A stretch of 21,781 nucleotides of DNA. Origin: Candidatus Rifleibacteriota bacterium. GTDB taxonomy: Bacteria > Muiribacteriota > Ozemobacteria > Ozemobacterales > Ozemobacteraceae. The stretch spans positions 1-21,781 of the forward strand of contig JBNJGH010000057.1 in the NCBI GenBank assembly GCA_051747585.1. The letters are read 5' to 3'. The position numbers and the translations under genes are program-made. Shown here piece by piece: positions 14,507 through 21,781 of this stretch. Every line of letters starts with the position of its first letter. Position 1 is the stretch's first letter. Under the pieces are notes generated by a model that saw only the letters and a list, made by a program, of their open reading frames with translations, did no database searches and was not told the origin of the DNA.

Positions 14507-16948
14507 ATGAATACCATAAAGCTTTACGTTTTTTGCGTCTTAATTTTAGCTTTCTCTGGTCCTTTTACTGCAGTAAATGCGTCAGACAGCTGGCGGGTTT
14601 TTACCGTAAGTTCCGGGTTAACAGACAATCATATAAACGGTTTTGCAGCCTTTAAATCAGTAATGGTAGTGGGAACCAATAAAGGGGCAACCATTTATGA
14701 TGGCAGAACTGCAAGCTGGCAGGCTTTGAAGCTACCTGAAAAGCTTAAAAATGTTATGATCAAAGACGTGGCTTTTGACGAAAACGGTCACCTGTGGCTG
14801 GCCTCGAGCAACGGCCTTATAAATATTCAAGGAGAAACAACTTACGTTTACACCAGCAATGACGGACTACCAACCATAGACATAGATAGAATTCAAATAC
14901 AAAAAAATAAAATTTTTGCCGGCTGTTTTGGAGGTCATGTATGCCATGCCTTTATACCCAATTCAGGAAAAACATCTTTTTCGCCGGTTAATTACACCAG
15001 ATCCTCGGTCAACCGGAGTGTTAAAATTAAATCTGTAGGCATAACTGCACTTGGCATGATTTCATCTTCAAAAGGCTGGATAAGTACAAAAGGTGAAGGT
15101 CTTATTGAGCAAATTGGTCCAAATTCTTATCCCATAAACGATGTAAACCACAAACCCGAGACCTGGGTAAACGATTTCTGGGTATTTTACGGGCCATCCC
15201 GGGCAACCCATATTGTTTCTTTAACACCGCAAAAAATTAATTTAATAAAAAATTCAAATTGCATACATGATGTAAAGCTTCCCCGAGAAGATTGCTGGTT
15301 GAATTGCCTGACTGTCTATAAAGAAAATCCAGACATTTACACCAATCTTAAAATGCCCGAAATGAACGAAGAAGAAAAAACTCTTTTTGATTTTGTAAAA
15401 AACAGATCGCTGTTTATAGGAACGCGAAACAATGGCCTGTGGCGCTATCAAAAAGGAATCTGGACTAATTATACAAGTTCCAACAGCAGCCTTCCTTCTA
15501 ATTGCATCAACCGTCTTTATTTAATGGGCAAAAAACTTGTCATCTGTACCAGTGCAGGGCTGGTAATTGTAGCATTAGATTCACATCAATTTGATGAATT
15601 TAAAGATCAGGGCCTGGGCAAGGTTTATGCAAAAACACTTTTTCCCTTTCCCCCCAGATATGCTCACATGGTTCCATTCAATCAAATATGCAAAGGAAAA
15701 GATTACTGGTTTACCCACATGTTGGGTTTATCGCGCTGGAAATCTTCTAACAAACCCACCAGCGACACGTCAGTTTACAGCAACACCGTAAATGGTCGAC
15801 TTGAAATACTTAGAGACGAAACAGATGAATTTCTAAATTTTGCCGACGCTGAAGACCCGCTTGAAGATATGCCCGACGTTGACCTGGCAACCGAAGAGGT
15901 TATTACCGCATCATTGAGCGGTTTCTGGCAATTATTTACCAAAAGCTATCTTTATAGTTATGACGAAGAAATTGCGTTTGATGTATATGGAACTGAAATA
16001 AAAGATCATGATCTTTTTGAAATGTATTCCGATGAAATAAACTCGATGGCAATAGATAAGGCTACTGACGATCTCTGGCTGATTTTTGAAAACAAAAGAC
16101 TATGTCGCCTTAAAATGGAATTCAAAGAAGTAGAAATTGATGGAAAAATCTTCAAAAGAGAGTTTCCAGATTGGTTTTTCATGGAAGCATACCAGCCCTG
16201 GCCCCAGGGATCAGAGTTAAACACAGTCTGGTTTAACCAGGACAAGCTTTATATAGGCACCAAGTCAGATGGGTTTTACATACTTAAGAATCCCCGTAAA
16301 GAAATTGATGAACGATTAAACGAAAAAGAACCTTTTGATTGGGAGCACTATGGAATTTACGAAGGCCTGATGGACAGCCGGGTAATTGATTTTACCCGCT
16401 GGAAATCGAAAGAAGCCGAATTTCTGGTCATTCTTCATCCTGAAGCTATTTCTTTAATGAATGACCAATCGTTCTCCAAACTTTCTACAGGCGCAAACAG
16501 AGAATATACCTGTGTCGATGCAGGCAATGACGGCAACCTCTGGATCGGATCTTATGGTGGACTTTTTCGCGTTACTCCCGACGAAAATTTGCTTTCATAT
16601 ACCGGAACTGATGCATTTTTTGAGTCTAATCGGATAACCGCAGTCGCCGCCCTGAAGTCAAAATCAAACCGGGAAACCGGGGTTTGGGTAGCCTGCGACC
16701 AACTGGCAGATTTTACCGCGCTAAGCGACAATTTTAACGGCTCTGACCAACCTCCCATGGTTATTACAGACGCTCTGGGCAACAAAAAAGTCATAGAAGC
16801 CGACATAGATGGCTCATCTCTGCATTTCTTCGATGGCCGAACCTGGGAAAAATGGAAAGTCGCCGGAGTAAAATATATCTTTATCGATGGCGACTACGTC
16901 TGGCTTAGTTCAAATATAAGAGTCCGCCGCCTGCTCGCCCCGAGATAA
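14507..16948 (+). CDS. Secreted beta-propeller protein (two-component-regulator-propeller-like repeats), no output domain
   Basis: Signal peptide ending near AVNA. Repeats SSGLTDNHI, NDGLPTIDI, NSSLPSNCI, EGLMDSRV, FESNRITAV, plus DENGHLWLAS and DGNLWIGSYGGL. No C-terminal TM or kinase domain. Confidence 0.78.
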   Translation: MNTIKLYVFCVLILAFSGPFTAVNASDSWRVFTVSSGLTDNHINGFAAFKSVMVVGTNKGATIYDGRTASWQALKLPEKLKNVMIKDVAFDENGHLWLASSNGLINIQGETTYVYTSNDGLPTIDIDRIQIQKNKIFAGCFGGHVCHAFIPNSGKTSFSPVNYTRSSVNRSVKIKSVGITALGMISSSKGWISTKGEGLIEQIGPNSYPINDVNHKPETWVNDFWVFYGPSRATHIVSLTPQKINLIKNSNCIHDVKLPREDCWLNCLTVYKENPDIYTNLKMPEMNEEEKTLFDFVKNRSLFIGTRNNGLWRYQKGIWTNYTSSNSSLPSNCINRLYLMGKKLVICTSAGLVIVALDSHQFDEFKDQGLGKVYAKTLFPFPPRYAHMVPFNQICKGKDYWFTHMLGLSRWKSSNKPTSDTSVYSNTVNGRLEILRDETDEFLNFADAEDPLEDMPDVDLATEEVITASLSGFWQLFTKSYLYSYDEEIAFDVYGTEIKDHDLFEMYSDEINSMAIDKATDDLWLIFENKRLCRLKMEFKEVEIDGKIFKREFPDWFFMEAYQPWPQGSELNTVWFNQDKLYIGTKSDGFYILKNPRKEIDERLNEKEPFDWEHYGIYEGLMDSRVIDFTRWKSKEAEFLVILHPEAISLMNDQSFSKLSTGANREYTCVDAGNDGNLWIGSYGGLFRVTPDENLLSYTGTDAFFESNRITAVAALKSKSNRETGVWVACDQLADFTALSDNFNGSDQPPMVITDALGNKKVIEADIDGSSLHFFDGRTWEKWKVAGVKYIFIDGDYVWLSSNIRVRRLLAPR

Positions 16949-16949
16949 A

Positions 16950-18170
16950 TTAGAAACTAAGCTGAGCACGCACTCCAAACGCCCAGACATTTTTATTGTC
17001 TTTATCTCCTTCTGCATTTTTGAGCCATTGAATATCCGGCGAAAGTTTTAAGTTTTCGTTAACTTTAAAACTGTAATACAACTCGGCATGATGTTCATCT
17101 TCGCAGTTGATTCCTGTTGCCCCGGCACCGGTACGCCAACTGTTACCCGTAAGAGCTTTTCCATAGGCAAAACCAATAATATCGTCTTTTCTGCCAAAAG
17201 ATTCAGCAGAAGTCTGAAATCCTGTACTCCAGGCCTTTTCTATTTGCGCAACAGTTTCACGCTGTTGCCCATAGCGGGCAAAAACAGTTGTTGCATCACT
17301 GACCATCTGATCAAATGAAAAGCCATAACCATGGTTAATCTCGCCGGTTTTTGCGGCATTGGTAAGATCAACATGGTCTGATTTATTGGCCCAACAAAAA
17401 AATCTGTAATTCCCGGGCCTGTTTTTATTCTTTGGCTTATAGTTAACCTCAAAAATAGAAAAAAGATCATCGTTCAGGTTATCCCAGTCTGCGTCGGCAT
17501 CGGCCAACCCTACGCCAGCTTCCAGGAACTCATTAAGGGAAGCAAAAAACATCAGTCCCGGGCCATTGTCATCAGGAAACCCGATTGCCAGATTGTTTAC
17601 GAAACCGGTCGAAAAAAACTGTTCTGTTTCGCAGTTTGCAACGGCATTTGTATCAAAATCAGTAGTCAAATCAAGTTTTCCGAGACGAAAACGAAATTTT
17701 TCATTTGCAAATCTGGTTTCATACCATGCTTCGGTTAACCGTAAATTCTCGTCATCATCAGCGTCGTCATTAAATCCAGATAAAGAAGAAACATTACCAT
17801 CGACACCATCACCAGAACCAGATTCAAAAAGAGTGAAAACCTCATTATTTTTGTCAATTTGATTAGTAATTTCAAGATCAAACGACATGGTGCCATCAGT
17901 TACATCTTTATCGGGGTTTAAACGCTTTTTTACATTTGATGTTGTTTGAAAAACGCCTGTTAAACCTACGCCAACATCAAACTTCTCATACCATTCAGCC
18001 GTTTTTTTTGAATTCTTTTCATGCCGGCTGTCAATTTTTTCCTCAAGCTTTTCGATTTTTTCACGTAAAAAATCAAACTCTTCTTCTTTATGGGCAACGC
18101 CTTCTGCATATAAGTTCACAGATTGCATAAAAACAGTAACCAGTATTATAAACATCCCAAATCTTTTCAT
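16950..18170 (-). CDS. OprB-family (carbohydrate-selective/metal) outer-membrane porin
   Basis: Signal peptide, short coiled coil, LTEAWYE, GKLDLTTDFDTNAVANCETEQF, PGNYRFFCW, FSFDQ, FARYG, ELYYSF, LSPDIQW, C-terminal GVRAQLSF beta-signal. AAGGAG RBS. Confidence 0.85.
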   Translation of the reverse strand: MKRFGMFIILVTVFMQSVNLYAEGVAHKEEEFDFLREKIEKLEEKIDSRHEKNSKKTAEWYEKFDVGVGLTGVFQTTSNVKKRLNPDKDVTDGTMSFDLEITNQIDKNNEVFTLFESGSGDGVDGNVSSLSGFNDDADDDENLRLTEAWYETRFANEKFRFRLGKLDLTTDFDTNAVANCETEQFFSTGFVNNLAIGFPDDNGPGLMFFASLNEFLEAGVGLADADADWDNLNDDLFSIFEVNYKPKNKNRPGNYRFFCWANKSDHVDLTNAAKTGEINHGYGFSFDQMVSDATTVFARYGQQRETVAQIEKAWSTGFQTSAESFGRKDDIIGFAYGKALTGNSWRTGAGATGINCEDEHHAELYYSFKVNENLKLSPDIQWLKNAEGDKDNKNVWAFGVRAQLSF

Positions 18171-18214
18171 TAAATATCGCTCCTTAAATTTCTATAAATT
18201 GACTTTGACATGCT

Positions 18215-20419
18215 TTAATTGATGCCGATTTGGAAAAACATTCCCACCTGATAAACTATGACAGTTACCACATAAGCCATTATGGTAAGACCGCCAAGTT
18301 GAAACAAAGCCCAGAACCATGAATTACTTTCGCGTTTTGTTATTGCAATAGTTGCCATACAGGGTGCGCTGATCAAGCAAAACAACATTATGCAAAATCC
18401 AATCAGCGGGTTGTATTTTTCTTTTAATTTGTCACGAAGAGATTTGGAATCTTCTTCTGCTTCCCCTACCGAGTAAACAATACCCATCTGGGCAACAAAC
18501 ACTTCTTTTGCAGCAAAAGCTCCAATTAAAGCTGTTCCGATTCTCCAGTCAAAACCCATTGGTTTTAATACTGGTTCCATTGCCAGACCTATTTTTCCGG
18601 CAAAACTATTGCGAAGGGCAGTTTCTGACTCTTGATTTTCGAGAGCTTGAAGTTTCTGCTTTTTCTCAACTTCTTTCAAATCAAGACTCTGAACCCTTTG
18701 TGCTTTAGTTTGAAACTCTGCTTTTTTCTCTGATGAAATTTGCGGAAAAGTAGTCAGAGCCCAAAGAACAATTGATATAGCCAGAATAATGGTTCCAGCC
18801 TTTTTTAAATAAAGCCAGCCTCTTTCCCACATATGAATAAAAATACCTTTGATTGTGGGAATACGATATGGCGGCAGTTCCATAACAAAGGGGACCGATT
18901 CACCCTTCAATATGGTTACTCGAAGCAATTTTGCAACCACAACAGCCAGAAGTATTCCGATCATATATATTAACCACATCATGGGGGCGTGCCAGGCTTG
19001 TGGAAAAAATGCGGGTATAATAAGGGCATAAATCGGCAATCTTGCACCACAGCTCATTAGCGGGACTACCATCATCGTGGCCAACCTGTCACGACGGTTA
19101 TCAAGAGTGCGAGTCGCCATGATTGCCGGTACCGAGCATCCGAAACCTATCAGCATGGGTATGAAGCTTTTACCATGCAAACCGATTTTGCGCATAAAGT
19201 GATCCATTATAAATGCTACCCGCGCCATATAACCGGAGTCTTCAAGAATCGCGATCGCAAGAAAAAGAAAAAGGATATTGGGCAAAAATATTATTACGCC
19301 ACCAACTCCGCCAATAATTCCATCAATCAGTAATGATTTTACCAGGCTTTCAGAATTTGCCGGCCACCAGCCTTGAATAAGACTGGAAAACCAGGCAAAA
19401 AAGCTTTCTATCCAGCCCATGGGAGCCTCGCCGAAAGTAAAGGTCAAGTGAAAAACCAGATACATCAATCCGAGAAAAATCGGTAAACCAAGCACTTTAT
19501 GAGTTGCAATCGAATCAATCTGATCTGAAATAGAATGCCTGATCTCAATAGTAGAGCGCACAGCTTGCTGGCATGCGCCAGAAATAAAACCGTATCTTGC
19601 TCCTGCAATTGCAATTTCGGGAGTTTCGCCAAGGACTTCTTCAATATATTCCGAGCTTTTTGTTATTTGGTCTGAAAGTTTTTCACTTTTAACGCGATCT
19701 AGCAAATCTGCATCATTTTCGAGAAGTTTAAGTGCTAACCAGTGATTATTCTGCAATCTACTTAATTCATTGTCTTTGGGAATCAAAGCTTCTATTTTTT
19801 CTATTTCCTGATCAATTTCTTTTCCATACTTAATGCTGAATGGCAAATTGCTGTTGACAGCATTTTCACCTGTTTGTAATTTTTTAGATTTGCCATGCAT
19901 TTTAAGCACAAGATTTTTGCCATTTTCTGCCTTTTGAATAGCAGCTTCGATCAGTTGATTCATTCCCAGACTTTTGTGTCCTGTTGTTTCAACAATGCCG
20001 GCATCGAAAAATTTCGACAACTTTTCTAAATTAAACTCGTAGCCTTTACCTTTGGCCATGTCACTCATATTAAAAGCTAAAATAAGTGGAATATTAAGCT
20101 CTTTGAGCTGCACAGCAAGGTAAAGATTTCTTTCAAGATTCGATGAGTCGAGAACATCAATTACTACATCAGGCTTTTGCTCTATCAAAAAATTTCTTGC
20201 AACAAGCTCTTCTGAAGAATAGGCAGTCAAACTATATGTACCCGGCAAATCAACAATCTTAATTTCTTTTTCTTTGTTTTTGCAAAAGCCCTCTTTGTAT
20301 TCAACAGTGACACCGGGATAATTTCCAACATGTTGCCGAGATCCTGTTAGTTCGTTAAATATTGTAGTTTTGCCAGAATTTGGGTTTCCCGCAAGCGCTA
20401 TAACCAGATCATTTTTCAT
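18215..20419 (-). CDS. feoB: Ferrous iron transport protein B
   Basis: G1 GNPNSGKT, VGNYPGVTVE, G3 DLPGTYSL, G4 NMSD. Membrane motifs LEDSGYMAR, GFGCSVPA, MSCGARLP, FVMELPPY, AAKEVFV, APCMAT. Confidence 0.97.
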   Translation of the reverse strand: MKNDLVIALAGNPNSGKTTIFNELTGSRQHVGNYPGVTVEYKEGFCKNKEKEIKIVDLPGTYSLTAYSSEELVARNFLIEQKPDVVIDVLDSSNLERNLYLAVQLKELNIPLILAFNMSDMAKGKGYEFNLEKLSKFFDAGIVETTGHKSLGMNQLIEAAIQKAENGKNLVLKMHGKSKKLQTGENAVNSNLPFSIKYGKEIDQEIEKIEALIPKDNELSRLQNNHWLALKLLENDADLLDRVKSEKLSDQITKSSEYIEEVLGETPEIAIAGARYGFISGACQQAVRSTIEIRHSISDQIDSIATHKVLGLPIFLGLMYLVFHLTFTFGEAPMGWIESFFAWFSSLIQGWWPANSESLVKSLLIDGIIGGVGGVIIFLPNILFLFLAIAILEDSGYMARVAFIMDHFMRKIGLHGKSFIPMLIGFGCSVPAIMATRTLDNRRDRLATMMVVPLMSCGARLPIYALIIPAFFPQAWHAPMMWLIYMIGILLAVVVAKLLRVTILKGESVPFVMELPPYRIPTIKGIFIHMWERGWLYLKKAGTIILAISIVLWALTTFPQISSEKKAEFQTKAQRVQSLDLKEVEKKQKLQALENQESETALRNSFAGKIGLAMEPVLKPMGFDWRIGTALIGAFAAKEVFVAQMGIVYSVGEAEEDSKSLRDKLKEKYNPLIGFCIMLFCLISAPCMATIAITKRESNSWFWALFQLGGLTIMAYVVTVIVYQVGMFFQIGIN

Positions 20420-20452
20420 ATCAATAAAATCCTTGATTTTTAGATTGCCTTA

Positions 20453-20476
20453 AAAGTTTAGGCATGCCGAAACTTT
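20453..20476. promoter_or_regulatory. Putative DtxR-family operator 2 (feoA-feoB intergenic)
   Basis: AAAGTTTAGGCA|TGCCGAAACTTT, a 24-bp palindrome with one mismatched pair. The TTAGG/CCTAA-type half sites resemble DtxR/SirR boxes. Confidence 0.75.
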
Positions 20477-20496
20477 GCCTAAAAATGAAAAAAAAA

Positions 20497-20712
20497 TTAA
20501 TGAACCAGAATTTTTTGGGCAATTCCACGTCCAAGCATAACTCTGCTGCCCTTAACAGCAACAAGAAACGGACCAAAAAATGAATTCTTTACTACTTCAA
20601 TTTCTACTCCGGGTATCAACCCCATTGCTGAAAGATGGCTTTTTAACTGATAACCGGCTTTTATTGTAACTAATTTAACTTTTGTTCCTGCGTCTACAAG
20701 AGCTAATGGCAT
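20497..20712 (-). CDS. feoA: Ferrous iron transport protein A
   Basis: MPL..., LSAMGLIPGVEIEV, GPFLVAVKGSRVMLGRGIAQKILV. GAGGT RBS. Immediately upstream of feoB. Confidence 0.93.
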   Translation of the reverse strand: MPLALVDAGTKVKLVTIKAGYQLKSHLSAMGLIPGVEIEVVKNSFFGPFLVAVKGSRVMLGRGIAQKILVH

Positions 20713-20738
20713 AATTATGACCTCAACAAACTATTTTA

Positions 20739-21497
20739 TTATATAACTTCTACTTCAATTCCTTCTGCTTCATCTTTTCTCAGGGAAAGATGATAACCTT
20801 TTACCTTAATATCAATCGGATCACCCATAGGAGCAACCCGCTCAACTTCTACAATTGAATTAGTTGTTATTCCCATTTCCACGATTCTTCTACTGGCCGG
20901 GCCTCGACTTTTAATTTTAACAACTTTGGCCTTTTGTCCGGGTTGCAGCTCTTTAAGGCTTACAGAAGACATTTTTTTCACACCTCCAGATTTTCTTTTT
21001 TCCCGAATTTCTTTCAGGGTTGTTTCAATACAATTTTCGCAATATTCCTGATTATCGTTGTGATCGCAACGATAGCCGAAACCAGCTATCCATTTGGATC
21101 CGCCACGCGGGCAGACTTCTATAAATTCAGCAAATTGAATAAATCTTTCAAGAATGATTTTAGGAATAGAATGTTCCATTTTACAGGCTGCTTCATCTGC
21201 ATCATTTTCGTCTACCGCAAGCACTTTTACAAAAAAGTCTTTTAAAACTTCGTGTCGACGAATAACATCTTTGGCGACAACTTTACCGTTTTGAGTTAAA
21301 GTTATTACATCATAAGGCGCATAATTAATCAGATTCTTTTCTGCCAATGAGCGCAATGCCCCGGTTACCGAAGAATTGCTGACTTTAAGTCTTTTCGCAA
21401 TATCTTTTGGGCGCACAGCCTGTTTTTCGGCAATAATGTTAAATATTGCTTCCAGATAGTCTTCCAGACTTGCCGTAAGGGCATTAGATAAATTCAT
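20739..21497 (-). CDS. DtxR/MntR-family metal-dependent repressor fused to a C-terminal FeoA domain
   Basis: SLEDYLEAI, HTH (KDIAKRLKVSNSSVTGAL), RRHEVL, ACKMEH. Residues 176-252 are FeoA (RRIVEMGIT, RVAPMGDPIDIKVKGYHLSLRKDEA). GGAG RBS. Confidence 0.93.
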   Translation of the reverse strand: MNLSNALTASLEDYLEAIFNIIAEKQAVRPKDIAKRLKVSNSSVTGALRSLAEKNLINYAPYDVITLTQNGKVVAKDVIRRHEVLKDFFVKVLAVDENDADEAACKMEHSIPKIILERFIQFAEFIEVCPRGGSKWIAGFGYRCDHNDNQEYCENCIETTLKEIREKRKSGGVKKMSSVSLKELQPGQKAKVVKIKSRGPASRRIVEMGITTNSIVEVERVAPMGDPIDIKVKGYHLSLRKDEAEGIEVEVI

Positions 21498-21515
21498 TTT
21501 TTTACTCCAAAAGGC

Positions 21516-21539
21516 AAAGTTTCGTCTTGCCTAAACTTA
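21516..21539. promoter_or_regulatory. Putative DtxR-family operator 1 (autoregulatory)
   Basis: AAAGTTTCGTCTTGCCTAAACTTA is 21/24 identical to the reverse complement of operator 2 and overlaps the -10/TSS region. Confidence 0.75.
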
Positions 21540-21564
21540 TACGCTCAAACTAATTTTTAGTCAA
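21536..21564 (-). promoter_or_regulatory. Sigma70 promoter of the regulator-feoA-feoB-porin operon
   Basis: TTGACT(21564-21559)-17 nt-TATAAG(21541-21536). Confidence 0.65.
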
Positions 21565-21781
21565 TAAAAATTTTAGATAAAAAATTAAACCGCGGCAAGC
21601 ACTATTCTTATCAGAAACGGGTTGATAGTAGCTGACAGCAGTTCTCGGTCAATCATTATTAGCTGGTTTTCAAAATTTATGTTTTTTTTTCGCCTTGTCG
21701 AAGCATTTAATTGTTTCATATCTACGCCAGCTCATTTCTCTAGCAAAAACAATGCTCGCAACACCGATGCGCGCTCATGAT

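Noticed and set aside
20454..21538. Invertible (phase-variable) segment or transposon bounded by 27-bp inverted repeats
   Set aside because: No recombinase or transposase in the window, and the repeats are more simply explained as palindromic operators
21585..21781. 44-aa minus-strand ORF (21585-21719) and a possible gene 3' end at 21732-21781; possible metal riboswitch
   Set aside because: No RBS or motif support and too little sequence to call. The region lies upstream of the predicted promoter and shows no recognisable riboswitch consensus.

Overview
AT-rich bacterial chromosomal window from a diderm, probably anaerobic organism. The evidence is a clostridial-type 2x[4Fe-4S] ferredoxin, a Feo system and an outer-membrane porin. 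The DxDxRVRANA-type HEAT protein is reminiscent of Candidatus Riflebacteria, but that is only an impression. Left to right: a HEAT-repeat gene running off the left edge (missed by the ORF track); a Thermotoga maltosyltransferase-like GH13 protein with altered catalytic residues; ferredoxin; an exported TPR/coiled-coil protein; two tandem paralogous membrane proteins separated by a degenerate repeat/hairpin region; a UbiB/ABC1 kinase; serC and a short Lys-type serA; a QW-motif hypothetical protein; an M20D amidohydrolase; a REP-like palindrome; a nucleotidyltransferase; a secreted beta-propeller protein; and a minus-strand metal-uptake operon (DtxR/MntR-family regulator fused to FeoA, feoA, feoB, OprB-family porin) with two near-identical palindromic operators. 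Most interesting: (1) the repressor-FeoA fusion has a strong internal Shine-Dalgarno and ATG at the FeoA domain boundary and a four-Cys linker; (2) an OprB-type porin is apparently co-transcribed with feoB; (3) the GH13 protein lacks the invariant Arg and third Asp; (4) a hairpin-bridged SD and a probably leaderless gene. No tRNA, rRNA, CRISPR array or transposase was seen. All homology calls are from motif recognition, not database searches.
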